Source: Macrostomum lignano
Lineage: Eukaryota
Length of the DNA stretch: 64,000 nt
Direction: 5' to 3'
Assembly: GCA_002269645.1 (NCBI GenBank)
Contig: NIVC01000099.1
Location: 682,001-746,000, forward strand
Part shown: positions 11,401 to 25,575 of the stretch, in pieces
How the letters are laid out: every line of letters starts with the position of its first letter
Position numbering within the stretch: position 1 is the stretch's first letter
The notes under the pieces: model-generated
What the model saw: the letters and a program-made list of their open reading frames with translations, nothing else
The model's database searches: none
What the model was told of the DNA's origin: nothing
Translations under genes and position numbers: made by a program

Positions 11401-12574
11401 AAAGTTTGCTGAAATGCATCCTGAAACTTTGTTGGTTCTTTACATTCTGTATCTCGCCGCTGTCTTCTGCTTTGCAAAGGCGGTGTTTTATCCCCCAGCT
11501 AGTCCCCCAGTTGTATTCCCCCATTGGCATTCGTCTCATTTCGAAATCAAATTCCCTGCAGCTCCGGCCCCGTGTTTTATTCGCTTCATTGTTGCTATTA
11601 ATTTTGTTATTCACGGCTAGAATTTAGCCAGAAAACTCCCAGTGTAGTTGTGCCTACTCATAGTAGGCAGCGCGCGCGAAAATATCGCCTATTTGTGTTG
11701 CAATACGTGTGTGTCTGTGTATTTGGTCTCGCCCAATCAATCTATTTATACGGTAGTTTGTAATGCACCTGTACATGCGGTTTTATTTTCTCATCCTTCT
11801 ATTTTTCTGCGAATTCCCGCCCGCGTCCGATACGTAAAAACTGCTTTGCCTGTTTGCTGCTAATGTTAACAAACCGTTTTTATACACAATGCAGCACGAT
11901 TGTTTTAAACGCGTTTTTTATTGCATCAAACTTCTACTACTGTAAGTAGGCGCTGGCGGGCGCGCTTCGATTATTCTATAGTCCTATAATTTATTAGTAA
12001 TTAACTATTGTTAAATATTATTCAAACGGTTTTTCTGTTGTTACTTCCTACTATATTGTTGCACGCTACTTATTAACTACTGTAAGTAGCTTGCAATTCT
12101 AATTAAAAAAACAGCTTTGCTAGCTACTGCCTGCACGTGTCCTGCGGTTATCATAATATTTATTAATAATTTGTTCTTCTAAATGTGTTGTGCGCACCCT
12201 GTCGGAAATTGCTTTTTAATTTATTGCCCACTGATTAACTCGAGCGAATACCTGCATTGCTGAGCGAACGCTAAGTCTTAAACCACCTTAGTTTCAAATT
12301 AATACGTCTAATAATGTTGGATGTGACCTACGCTCTGGTCTGCATGTGAATTGAATCAACATAAACAAAGCATAAACTTGCTTTGAATGAGCAGATTTAA
12401 TTTTAGACCCTTTTGTCTGTTTCGTTTGCAAATAAATAAGCTAATTTAATGCTGAGCTTGCGCAGGCACTCCGAATGTCCAATGGCAATTCACCATCTTA
12501 ACTGTCCGCCTTTGTCTTTTGTGTTGCCTTTCTTCATTGCCTCATGGCCTGTGTCACTGACTGCGATCTTGTCC

Positions 12575-14770
12575 CTCCAACTGGTGTGTCACAGGCCCTC
12601 CAACTGATGTGTCACTGGCCCTCTAACTAACTGGTGTGTCACTGGCCCTCCAACTGATGTGTCACTGGCCCTCTAACTAACTGGTGTGTCACTGGCCCTC
12701 CAACTGATGTGTCACTGGCCCTCTAACTAACTGGTGTGTCACTGGCCCTCCAACTGATGTGTCACTGGCCCTCTAACTAACTGGTGTGTCACTGGCCCTC
12801 CAACTGATGTGTCACTGGCCCTCCAACTGATGTGTCACTGGCCCTCCAACTGATGTGTCACTGGCCCTCTAACTAACTGGTGTGTCACTGGCCCTCTAAC
12901 TAACTGGTGTGTCACAGGCCCTCCAACTGATGTGTCACTGGCCCTCCAACTGATGTGTCACTGGCCCTCCAACTGATGTGTCACTGGCCCTCCAACTGAT
13001 GTGTCACTGGCCCTCTAACTAACTGGTGTGTCACTGGCCCTCCAACTGATGTGTCACTGGCCCTCTAACTAACTGGTGTGTCACAGGCCCTCCAACTGAT
13101 GTGTCACTGGCCCTCTAACTAACTGGTGTGTCACTGGCCCTCCAACTGATGTGTCACTGGCCCTCCAACTGATGTGTCACTGGCCTCTAACTAACTGGTG
13201 TGTCACAGGCCCTCCAACTGGTGTGTCACAGGCCCTCCAACTGATGTGTCACAGGCCCTCTAACTAACTGGTGTGTCACAGGCCCTCCAACTGATGTGTC
13301 ACTGGCCCTCCAACTGATGTGTCACTGGCCCTCCAACTGATGTGTCACTGGCCCTCCAACTGATGTGTCACTGGCCCTCCAACTGGTGTCACAGGCCCTC
13401 CAACTGATGTGTCACTGGCCCTCCAACTGATGTGTCACAGGCCCTCCAACTGGTGTGTCACTGGCCCTCCAACTGATGTGTCACTGGCCCTCCAACTGGT
13501 GTGTCACTGGCCCTCCAACTGGTGTGTCACTGGCCCTCCAACTGATGTGTCACTGGCCCTCCAACTGGTATGTCACAGGCCCTCCAACTGATGTGTCACA
13601 GGCCCTCCAACTGATGTGTCACTGGCCCTCCAACTGATGTGTCACAGGCCCTCCAACTGATGTGTCACAGGCCCTCCAACTTATGTGTCACAGGCCCTCC
13701 AACTGATGTGTCACAGGCCCTCCAACTGATGTGTCACAGGCCCTCCAACTGGTGTGTCACTGGTCCTCTAACTAACTGGTGTGTCAAAGGCCCTCCAACT
13801 GATGTGTCACTGGCCCTCCAACTGATGTGTCACCGGCCCTCCAACTGATGTGTCACAGGCCCTCCAACTGATGTGTCACAGGCCCTCCAACTGATGTGTC
13901 ACAGGCCCTCCAACTGGTGTGTCACTGGTCCTCTAACTAACCGGTGTGTCAAAGGCCCTCCAACTGATGTGTCACCGGCCCTCCAACTGATGTGTCACTG
14001 GCCCTCCAATTGGTGTGTCACTGGTCCTCTAACTGATGTGTCACTGGCCATCCAACTGATGTGTCACAGGCCCTCCAACTGATGTGTCACTGGCCCTCCA
14101 ACTGATGTGTCACTGGCCTTCCAACTGATGTGTCACTGGCCTTCCAACTGATTTGTCACTGGCCCTCAAACTGGTGTGTCACTGGCCCTCCAACTGGTGT
14201 GTCACAGGCCCTCCAACCGATGTGTCACAGGCCCTCCAACTGATGTGTCACTGGTCCTCTAACTAACTGGTGTGTCACAGGCCCTCCAACTGATGTGTCA
14301 TTGCCCCTCCAACTGATGTGTCATTGGCCCTCCAACTGATGTGTCACTGGCCCTCCAACTGATGTGTCACTGGCCTTCCAACTGATGTGTCACTGGCCTT
14401 CCAACTGATGTGTCATTGGCCCTCCAACTGATGTGTCATTGGCCCTCCAACTGATGTGTCACTGGCCCTCCAACTGATGTGTCACTGGTCCTCTAACTAA
14501 CTGGTGTGTCACAGGCCCTCCAACTGATGTGTCACTGGCCCTCCAACTGATGTGTCACTGGCCCTCCAACTGATGTGTCACAGGCCCTCCAACTGATGTG
14601 TCACTGGCCCTCCAACTTATGTGTCACTGGCCCTCCAACTGATGTGTCACCGGCCCTCCAACTGATGTGTCACCGGCCCTCCAACTGATGTGTCACAGGC
14701 CCTCCAACTGATGTGTCACCGGCCCTCCAACTGATGTGTCACTGGCCCTCCAACTGATGTGTCACTGGCC
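12575..14770. repeat. 23/27-bp minisatellite CTGGCCCTCCAACTGATGTGTCA (~2.2 kb)
   Basis: Direct inspection; the 27-bp variant carries CTAACTAACT. Confidence 0.95.
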
Positions 14771-16309
14771 ATTTGTCACTCGCAAATCCAATTCAGTGCA
14801 AAGTTGGAAGTCGGGGCTGTCGCGCTATATTGAGCACAACCAAGTGCAGCGCATATTTGAATTTATTAAAGCTATGTATTTTGGTTGCGGCAATGCTTGC
14901 GCTAGGCTGACTAATCGGACTGCGGCGTTACAACAAAATATGAAGCGAGTAAGCGGTTTCCTTGCCGCTGCGAGCCGTTCTTGTTGCCAGCCGGATATTG
15001 TCGGAGCTTTTCTAGGGGGCAAGCAATAACCGGAGATGCCAAAGGAAGCGCGCAAAGCCGCTAGTTAGCTGGGGGCTGTGAATAAAAACAGAAAAAGTTG
15101 GGTGCCGTGTCGAGCAAATTAGAATATTGACTACTGCAATGCTGCAAGCAAATCGAGTGGCATATTGGTATAGTAGCAATTAATAAAGGGATCTACTTTG
15201 TTGAATAGTCTACATATCAGTGCAGATAGAAACGATGGATGCTGGCATTATGACTCGTGTGAACTCTCGAAGGCAGACAAAACACTGCAGAAAGCAGTTA
15301 AAATTAGTTTGAAGCGAGGAGGGCGTCTTCTATACTACATGAAGCGCAGAATGGGGATTTCGCTATCACAAACCATCGGTTAGCCGTCCGCGGTCTTTGT
15401 GGTTGATCCCCCAGCTCTTTGTGTGCGCGCGACCCCCGGCAATTTTGATGGGGCTGCAATTAGCTCTAGATTGGCCCGATGAAGTCTTTGTCGCTTTGCT
15501 TCAAGTGCGAGCTCATCAAAAGCAGAGGGGCATTGCTTGTCCTCTCAGCGGGACAACAGCGCTGCGAAAGTCGGAGCAAAAGTGGAAGCCAAAAGTAGTC
15601 GGAAAGGATTAATGACAAAGAGTGGTTGCACAAAGACCCGCCACAGCCTTCGAGTCGTGGGGCTGTCTCCTTATACTCGCCAGCTTAGACTAAAGAGGGC
15701 GCGAAATCAAACAGTCGATTCAAATATTTTTTGCTAAACTTTTGCTACAGTTAATAACACGAGTCACACTTGCCTGTCTTACTACTGGTTAGTAAACTCC
15801 AGTAGGGTGGAGCGAACAGTCTTTGCAGATTTTTACACTATAAAAAGTTTGCAGAGAAAGCAATGCCAGATCCGAAAGGGAACAACAGACCGACCAACAA
15901 CTGGTGCGCGAAGGCGAGGGAAGCTGGAGCGACTCCGAGCAGCATCGGACTGACAATAGAAGCAAAACTGACAATAGAAGCAATCAGACACCATAATTCA
16001 TTTGAGTTTGTCTATTCGAGAGATTAGCTAGCCAGAGGTCAAGAAACCATCCCCCGATTTTTATTGGCTAGCTGCCTACCCCTTCAATCCCTACCCCGTT
16101 ATCTGTTTTATTTGCCAGCTGCTACCCTTAACCCGTTATCTATTCTTATTGGCTGGCACCTCAGCCCCTCTCATTGGTTAAAAAAGAGGTGGCGGCTTGT
16201 CTTCTGCACTCTCTGATTGGCTGACCACCCCCTTGAATTCTTTGTCCCCGACCTCTGTCAGCTCTCTGTCTCTCTCTTCATCGCGCGTTCAAACCGCGAC
16301 ATCAGCTAA

Positions 16310-19300
16310 TCACATGATGCTGGTGGCCCTCGCACCCACGCGCCTGCTAGAGCTCATCTCCCTGGCAACGCTGACCGACCGGATCACAGTGCTGCTGCCG
16401 CGCCGGCTGGACATGGTGCGCTCGGCCAGGTCGGCCCGGTGCTCCGCCTCCTCGATCTGCTGCTGCGCCTTGCGGTACTTCGTCATGGCGATGGCCGAGA
16501 TTTCCTCCTGCAGAGGGGGCGGAGTGACAGCGGAAAGTCATAAACTTTGGCTCCAGGATCGCTATAGAGCCACCTGGGTGGATTTGTGAGTCAAATCGAA
16601 AGTCAACCCACAGCCAGCGAAGAGGCAAGCAGCCATGCCCAATCCCGACCTCTGAGCATACATGTTTGCAGGTACACGAGCACACAGCAGCCCCCTGTGA
16701 TCAAAAAAATCTGCGAGACGGATTGTTTCCAAGAAAAGTCTATTTTTGAAGGCACTTTCTAATCTGTTTCAGTTGCGGCCTTCACGAGTGCAGACATGTC
16801 CGAGTAGCTTTTAACAGCACTTGTAATTAGAAACAAAGCAACGCGGGGCCTCTGGTCGGCATCTTTGTTGAAATATTTGTCTAGAACATAGTGCACGACT
16901 TTCCAATTCCACGAGCATCCAGTGAACCCCGGCCCCGCATCGGCTTCCTCTATAGCTTTGATTCATTGGATTTGCATTAAAGAAATTCCAGTAAGAAAGG
17001 CAACCCGCAGGCATTGACATTGGCACGCATTGGCAGCTTGAGGGGGGTTAATTCAGTTCCGGTCGCAGTAAACAACAGTTGTTGCTACCGACAACTCCGC
17101 ATCCGCGTCGAACTCCACTTTGCTCGCAGATGCAGCCGCGCACGGCAGATCACAGTGAAGGGCATCGCATTGCGCGGCACTTGGCGATTTCCATAATTGG
17201 CGCTCCGACCAATAATGGGATCGTGGGGTATGGGGCGATGGGGCCGCCTCCAGCCTCCAGACAGGCAGGCATGCAGGCCGAATCAATACTGAATGCTGCG
17301 CCCGCATCCTCTCTTCTCCTCCCTGACATTTCCAAGCCGCATCAGGGGCGGGGGAGAGACTGGGGGAGCCGAGTGAGAGTGAAGCGGAGACGCACGGGCT
17401 GCACAGATCGAAGGCAAAGCGATGCGTCTTCGGATTTGCAGAAGAAGAAAACAGGAAACTGCAGCTGCAGAGCGGCTTCCGTGCGGACAGGATACATGGG
17501 GCTGGGGGGGGGGGGCGAAGGAAACAGCAAAACTGTGAGAGGCCAAAGAACCAAAGAATGAAATTTCCCGCTCCCGTTACCTCCTCCCTCGATCTTGCCA
17601 GAAAATCCAAGATCGAGGATCCACTTTGGTGATCCTCCATATCGTATCCCCCTGACCGCTACACGTGCATATGCTGCCCGATCCGTTTATCTTTCCAAAT
17701 TTTATTGGCCTCCCAAACACGCGTAGTTTATTATTCTCTGGCCAGTTTCTAAGTTTCTAACCATGGGGCATCCGCAATCACTCACCGACTCCTCAATCTG
17801 GCGCTTGTAGGTCTTGAGCTTCAGCTGGGTCTTGTCCAGCAGGTCCTGCAGCTCCATGTTCATCCTGCGCTCCTCCTCGGTCTGCGCCACCGCCTCCTTG
17901 GCCTGGCGCTCGAACTTGCGCGACGCCGCCTGAGCATCCTTGGCCTTGCGCTGCTCCTGGTCCAGCTCGGCCTCCAGGTCGCGAACCCGGCCCTGCAGCT
18001 TGCTCACCATCCGGCGGCCTTCGCGGGTGGCGAAAGCCTCCGCCTCCTCCAGCTTCACCGTGATCTCGCGAATCTCAACCTTGGCAATTGGGAAATCACA
18101 TATGGGGTTTAAATAAACTTATAAATGCTTATTTATTGAATCTGGCAAATATTTTAGGCTAGAAATATAAGTCTAATATTCTAAAATGGTGTTTAAATGT
18201 GCTTTAAAAATAAAACTAGAAAATAGCGTCACTTTGTTATTGTACACTGGTATTGCTAAAAATAGAGCTAGAATTGTTCTTCTACGCCAGTTTGGCTAAA
18301 AATAGAACCAGAACATAGCGTCACTTTGTTATTGCACACTTGTGTTGCTAAAAATAGAGCTAGAATTGTTATTCTACGCCAGTTTGGCTAAAAATAGAAC
18401 CAGAACATAGCGTCACTTTGTTATTGCACACTTGTGTTGCTAAAAATAGAGCTAGAATTGTTATTCTACGCCAGTTTGGCTAAAAATAGAACCAGAACAT
18501 AGCGTCACTTTGTTATTGCACACTTGTGTTGCTAAAAATAGAGCTAGAATTGTTATTCTACGCCAGTTTGGCTAAAAATAGAACCAGAACATAGCGTCAC
18601 TTTGTTATTGCACACTTGTGTTGCTAAAAATAGAGCTAGAATTGTTATTCTACGCCAGTTTGGCTAAAAATAGAAATATAACATAGCGTCATTTTGTTAT
18701 TTTACACTATCTTTGCTAAAAATACACTACCTCCAAAAAAATGGACCCCCGTCTTTCTGACTGTACATTTCGGGTTATAAAATCTTTCTTGGTTGAAATG
18801 CTTAATTCCGCTAATAAAGAGGCCCCCAGTCCCTCACCTCGAGCTGCTTGCGCAGGCTCTCCGCATTCTTGTAGTTCTCCTGCTCCAGCCGCAGCTCGTC
18901 GGCCAGGCGCTGCGCCTCCCCGGCCAGCCGGTTGGCCCGGTCGGCCTCGGCCAGCCGGCCGTTGTGCGCGTCATCGATCTCAGCCTGCGCGGCGGCCGCC
19001 TCCGCCTCCAGCCGGCGCTTGTCGTTGCTAAGCGACTGCATCTGCGCCTGCAGGTCGCCCAACCGTCCGGTGGCCTCCGCCGCCTCCGCCTCGGCCGCCT
19101 TCGCCTTCCGCTCGGCCGCCTCCTTCAGGCCGCGGGCCTCGTCGAGCTCACCCTGGGCGGCGGCGCGGCGCTTCTCGCAGGCGGCCAAGTTGCTCTGCGG
19201 CCGGTTGGGCGGGTTCAGATGGCGTTTAGTTACCGAGAATTCCGTTTATTTTGGACTACTGTTATGGCCCACCCCGCCGTCCATGTTTAACAGTCGCCCG

Positions 19301-22201
19301 GTTCAGCGATTTTAAAGTTGGATTTTATGATTTTTTAACTTTATGCCTCTTGCATAGTGTTATAATAAAGTTAGCTCTAATTAGGGTTTGGGTTATTAGG
19401 GTCAGAAGATAGCGAGTCAGCTAATGCAAACAGAAGGTCGGCTGAACTTACTGAACTCTATATCATGGCTCAGCAATAAATTCATCAATGAATCATCAAA
19501 ACCACTCACTTGAGTAGCATCGTGAGCCCGACGCTCCTCCTCAAGGTAGGTCTCGAGCTCGTGCACGCGGCTCTGCAGGCCCTTGTTGTCCTTGGCCAGA
19601 CCGGCGTTCATGCGACCCAGGTTGTCAATCTGGCCCTCCAGGTCGGCGGCCAGGGCCTCGTACTTCTTCTTGGTGCGGCTGATCTCGCCCTTGTACTTGG
19701 ACTCGATCTCGGTGATGGTCACGTGCAGCTCCTCGATGGTGCGCTGACTGGACTTGCGCAGGCTCTCCAGCTCGGCCTCCTTCTCGTTCAGCTTGGCCTC
19801 CAGCTCGGTCTTGAGCGAGGCGAGGGCCTGCGTGGTCTGCTGGTACTTCTGCTCCAGCTCGCGCAGCGCCTCCTCGGCGTCGCGCAGAGACGACGCCAGC
19901 GAGTCGCGCTCGGCCTGGAACTGGGAGCGCATGGCCTCGGAGTCGGTCAGGCGGCGGGTCAGGTCCCGGTTGGCGCTGTTGGCCTCCTTGAGCTGGCTGC
20001 TCAGCTGACCGTTCTCCCGCTCTAGGGCGGCTCGCTTGTCCTCGGCGCTCTGCAGGTCCTTCTTGAGCTTGGCGTTGTCCGCCTGCAGTCCCTGGTTGGT
20101 GGAGCTCAGCGAGGAGTTCTCAGACGAGAGCTCGTCGCAGCGGATGGTCAGCTGGTTGACGGTGCTCTCGGCCTGCTTGGCGCGCGAAGCCAACTCCTGG
20201 TTGGCCGCCTGCAGGGCGTCGATGTCGCCCTGAAGCTCCTTGATCTCAAGCGTGAGCTTCTGCTTGGTCTTCTCCAGGTTGCCGGCGCGGGTGCGCTCGC
20301 GCTCGGAGATGTCTTCCAGCTCCGTGATGCGGATGGTCAGCTTGCGCCTTTGGGGCGAGTGGGTATTGAAACAGGAACTGTTCTCAAGTTTGAGTTCGTA
20401 CTTGATAAATAGACTCTAAGCACCAACCTGATCTCCTCGTACTCCTCCAGCTTGACCGTCAACTCCCGGTCGAACTTGGACTTCAGGGAGGCCAGGTCGG
20501 CATTCAGCTTGGACACCTGTGTGCGCAGGTTGCCGGCGGCTTCGCTCTCCTCCTCGTACTTGGACTGCACAGCATAGTAGTCCTGCTGCAGGGTCATCAG
20601 CTGCGCCTGCAGGTTGTTGCGCGACTGCAAGCGGGCGGGGGAAGGGGAAGCTGGATTCGAATCTATCTTCTAAGAATTCCTGCAACAATAATCATCTTAC
20701 CCGCGTCTCCTCATCCAGACTCTTCTTGAGATCGTCCACCTGGCTCTGCAGCGACGACTTGGCCTTGCTCAGCGTGGCCGCCTGAGTCTCGTATTCGTGA
20801 GCTACGCGTTGCAGATCGACGTTCTCAGTCTGCAGACGGCTCTGAGCCTCGTGGAGGCTGCGCGACTGGGTCGTCAGCTCATCGTTCTGGCTGCGCAGCC
20901 GCGTCAGCTGGGCCTCGGCAGACTCGTACTTCGATTCGAAAGAGGCCTGGAAGGTTTTTGGGGATACAGACTCGGCTTCTGCTGCTTTTTTGATGAAGCG
21001 TCAAGGCAAAAGACCGCATATGCTGAAAGTCATGACATCACGAAGAGCATTAATGACGGCACTTGCGTGGGTGAGCCATTCACATGACGTTATACCAGTA
21101 GTCAAGTATTCTACGTAAGCTGAGTGTACATACCTGGTATGCCGTCGGCTCGTATTGAATACAACATTAGGCACAATAAAGACTGAATATCCAGCATAAT
21201 TTCCATGCAGCAGGCATTTTGCGTACCTTAGCCTTCATGGCCTGATCCACCTGGCTTGCCAGGTTGTCGATCTCAATCAGCAGGTTGGACTTCTCTTTCT
21301 CAGCGCGACTCTTCTGCTTGTTGGCGTTCTCCAGCTCGCCAGTCAGCTCCGTGATGGTCACCGTGTACTTCTTCTTCACCGTCTGCTCCAAGGACTCCAG
21401 CTGGCTGTTGGCGTTCTCCAGGTCTTTCTTGAGCTTCTGAACCTCCTGGTCTCGCCGGCGAAGCATCTCCTGGGCCTGGCTGCTCATGCCGCCGGCCTCG
21501 TCAAGACGCTCGTTGGCCGCGTCGAGCTGGTTGGCGTAGTCGTTCATGTTGCGCTCGGCCTGGACGAGTTGAGTTGGGCTCAAGAATTGAATTCCTTTTC
21601 TTCTTCAAAACTTCGCATCTTTAGGTAGACTAGATCGATAAAACAAAGTCTAGAAGTACATGCTGTACTTCATGGTCTGATATTGTTGAAATTTTTACGA
21701 CAACAGCTTTCACGAATGGTCTTGCTGATTAAATCTTGAGCCAGCATACTGTAGAAAATTTCCTGACACGCTGCCTCACAACGTACCCTACTGCGTCCAT
21801 CGCGCTCCATCTCCAGCAGATCTTCGAGCTCCTTGATGCGTGACTGAAAATTGGATTGAAGAGATGGATTCTTGTAAAGTTCACTGGTGTAAAAATAAGT
21901 AGAATAAATATTACAGCTACTTTATCATACTTTTATGGTTACTATTCGAATAGACCAGTGGTTATGCCACCTCGAAAAAACTGCCTCAAAAAGCGAAGAA
22001 CTTCAATTAGAAGCCATCTGATTTTAGCCTATAAAATCTTTTAGCGAGCAGTTTAGTAAATAGGACTAGCCAAGTGCCCCCCTGCGTGTGGCTCACCTCG
22101 AGGCGGTTCTGACTCGCCGGCGACAGGCCGCGGTAAATTCCGCGCGCCGAATAGGACGAAGAAGACGAGGCCTCCATGCGAGAGCTGCGACTCGAAGCCA
22201 T
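16310..22201 (-). CDS. Prm: Paramyosin, 874 aa; exons 22097-22201, 21787-21843, 21227-21559, 20701-20946, 20428-20624, 19510-20347, 18838-19194, 17786-18079, 16310-16507
   Basis: No motor domain. N-terminus [31 protein letters not shown]; rod with [26 protein letters not shown]; C-terminus [34 protein letters not shown]. These match flatworm paramyosin as recalled. All eight junctions are GT-AG with consistent phase. Confidence 0.95.
18210..18725. repeat. 92-bp tandem repeat (~5.5 copies) in paramyosin intron 7, two CTAAAAATAG motifs per unit
   Basis: AATAGAACC at 18301, 18393, 18485, 18577. Confidence 0.93.
18256..18673. promoter_or_regulatory. Cluster of ten perfect MEF2 consensus sites (CTAAAAATAG), candidate muscle enhancer
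   Basis: Ten exact matches to YTA(A/T)4TAR, first at 18256-18265 and last at 18664-18673. Function is inferred only. Confidence 0.4.
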
Positions 22202-23143
22202 GCCACCTGTGCTTATTGCAGTCGATTCGCTGCGGCTGTTTCAAAATTAGTAGATTAAATTAGACACGCAATTTGTTGCGATAGAACGGCAAAAAGCTAC
22301 TGGGACGATTGACTGAAACTAAGGGCTATTAGGAAATTTCGAAAAATCGGTTGCTACTAGGTCTGGTTGAAAAAATCACGAGAGAAACAAAAACCACAAT
22401 GAACCAGCGAAAGAGAGGCGGGCCCGGACACAGGAAAGGGCAACAGTGGCAGGGAAAAAACTGCTTCCACTTGAAACTCTCTCTCACTCTTGTTATTGGG
22501 CTTCGGCCGCCGTTAAATACTGCAGCGTCGATGCATCCCCTTTTCATTCTTCCCATTTAGCCTTTCCTCCCCGGCCTTCAATCCCCTGTTTTCCAGCAAA
22601 ACCGATGGATGGGCCGCGCTGCACAAGACAGGTTTTGCGCTCGCGCGCCCCGCGTGGTTGGCCTTTACGGACGGCCGGGCAACGCGAAAGGAATGCCGAA
22701 GTTTGCCGTCGCTGGGGGAGCGGCCCAGCAATTCTTTCCTGTCTAACTCCCAGTCTCGCATCCGCCATCGCTCCTCTTCAGTTCAGCTTCACTTTCTGTA
22801 CGCGCGAGGCAGCTAAAATTGGAACAGCGCGCGAAGGGCCGGCAGCGAGCGAGAAAATCTGCAGCTGGAAGAAGCAGACGGCGGGCCTGTTCGGCACCCC
22901 AAAGCTCCAAGTATTTTTTCGGGCCGCATCCCAGGAGCCGATCAATCGATAATTGCAAAGCCAGGTCAGGGCCGGGGCGGGGGAGGTCGCCCAGTCCAGT
23001 CAGTCAGGGTGCGAGATGGGAAATGCGAAACGGATAGGCGCGCAACTGCTGGCCTTACCTGAGGCAGATAACAACACGGATTTACAAGGCTGCGCATCGA
23101 GACTTTGCCAACTGGCGCACAAAAGCTTGTTTCATTAGGTGCT

Positions 23144-23391
<248 letters not shown>

Positions 23392-24879
23392 CGTATTCTC
23401 GCTATCTACCATCTATTGCCAGGACCTGCACCGGAGCGGTTACGAAAATTAGATTTCTCGGTAGCTGCTCGCACTCTTTTGCACTACTTGAGTAGTCTGA
23501 TTTTCGTTCGGCATGGCTGGTTCCAGCAGGTAGTTCCTCTGGATAAAAGCGCTTACCGCGCCCATTTGCTTTCCAGCTGCCTTAATCGTTTCCGGTGATC
23601 TTGTGTGCGTGCATTCAGCTTGATTGGCTGCGGCAAGCAAGCTCGAAAGAGCTCGCTTCGCTCGCACTTTCTCGCTATCTATCTATCTATCTATCTATCT
23701 ATTTAACTGATCTGGCAAAACTCTCAATGATGCTGCCTAAAGTAGGATGATATGCGCATTTAACTGGTTTATCTAAAACTCACTTATACAATATACAAAG
23801 GATAAATAATAGAATAGATGACGTGCTGGATTTTGCAAACTGGGTAAAGAACAGACCTATATAATCAAACAACAATACTATAGTCTTCTGTCTGTCATCT
23901 GTTGTGGGCATCCAGACCCCTCTGCCCTACCACAGGTAGCAGATCCTTGTTCCCATGACTGACTTTTACTTTAAAAGTATTTGCCCAGCAAATACGGGTA
24001 GGTTTAGCCAGCTTACCTTTCATAAATTTGAGATCGACTCATTGCTCACGATGTTAAAATACTCGTAGTTAATACCAGCGTAAATACCAGATGCAGCGCG
24101 ACTTTCTGAAGGAAAAGGGCGTCAAAAGTGCGCGTGCACTCCTAATATCCGATCGACAGGCAAAGATCTGCAGTGCTTGCAGTTGGCCCTGCTGGATTTA
24201 AGAAATTGAAAGCAAATTCGAACAGTAGATTGAAACCCCACTAAAGTGCCGCGCAACTTTATACCGACGGACGGCCTGCGCGTTTTCCATGTAAGTTGTT
24301 TTTCCCCTGTGTACAGGCTGGACCAGCCACCGCCGGCACTTCACATGTTCAAGTCCGGACAGGCAGGCGCTACTGCGGGACCAACAGGATGGGGAGAAGA
24401 GACTGCATGGGCGGCGGCCTCTCCTTGCCCGCGAAATGCGAAATGAAAAATGAAGCGGGCCGTGGACTGCAAAGGTAAAGTTTCTCCATCCGGACCAGAA
24501 TAAACTGTAAATGCCACGCCATTCCAGTGGTAGATCCGGTCTTGAGCTAAACATGCGTAAAAAGTACTCGTTGACAGTTGGTGTACCAAAAGTTACCACG
24601 AGAGGCAACCAAGATCCACAAATGGCAGCTGTTTGCTTAACTCTTTGTCACTTCCTGGACGCGGGGTCACAAAATATTGACACCCCTTACTTAGCATATT
24701 GTTGTGGCCCCTTCAACTTTAAATTCCTGTGTACATGTACGCCACTGCTTGTAGTACAATAACTAAATCAACTACATTGAGCATTTTCGCTGCTTTGCGC
24801 CAACAATAATAATAACTAATTACACCTGCCCCAATAGAGCCAGATGTGAAACCGACAGCTCAGCCGCAGCTATTGCGTG

Positions 24880-25104
24880 GCGCATCTGAAGGCTGCGTAC
24901 GGCTTTTCAGTCCAAGGACTGGGGGGTCGCCACACCCAGCCCCAATTACCCCAGCTAATGCTGGCATCCATTTTACAGCTGGGTGAACTGAAGCAATGCA
25001 GAGTTGAGTGTCTTGCTCAAGGACACAAATAGTACCGAGTGAGTCGAGAATCGAACCCCGACGTTTTAGTAGTGATTCCGACGCTCTGACCACTGGGCTG
25101 CAAG
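24880..25104 (-). mobile_element. tRNA-derived SINE, copy 1
   Basis: Minus strand: A-box-like GCCCAGTGGTCAGAGCG, B-box GGTTCGATTC, then TGTGTCCTTGAGCAAGACACT..CCCAGCTGTAAAATGG body. Alignable with the copy at 29925-30150. Confidence 0.75.
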
Positions 25105-25575
25105 CAAAGTAGCCGAAGAAGAAAGAATTGCAAGCAAAAGTCTGCAGCAAAATGATTATTTAACAACTGGGCGATGTTGCTCGTAGAGTTTGGGCGCAAA
25201 TTCGAAAATTCTAGTTTGCACCTTTATTAAAAAATAAAAAGTCTGCAGTTTCAGTGAACAGCTGCCAACGCAGTGCATGGGTATTTTATATTGAAACCAT
25301 TGCAATGATACGGCAGGCAGAAACTCTGCAGCCATAAAATAAAAATTTATCCTGTAGTTCAGAAGCTCCGCAATCAGTCACCCATCTAAGGAATATTATT
25401 ACTAATTTTTGTGTTCGATTAAAAATTGCTATGAAGTAAGTGACTCAAATAAATATAAAATAGCAAATAATTAGTAATAATAAGGATACTAATTACTAAA
25501 TAAATCACCTTATAAAAATTAGACAGCACAGAGAAGCTCCATTACTGTGGCCCCACAAATTATTGCAGATTCCTG

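Noticed and set aside
11414-11620. 68-aa ORF with a hydrophobic, signal-peptide-like start
   Set aside because: Short, AT-rich, overlaps competing ORFs and has no recognisable family; hydrophobicity is expected from T-rich DNA.
14770-15740. Short ORFs of moderate GC between the 23-bp array and paramyosin
   Set aside because: No recognisable motifs or coherent splice pattern; possibly an old transposon remnant but not supportable.
16310-22201. Myosin heavy chain tail as an alternative identity
   Set aside because: The gene has its own ATG exon with a paramyosin-type head and tail, and no motor-domain exons lie upstream.
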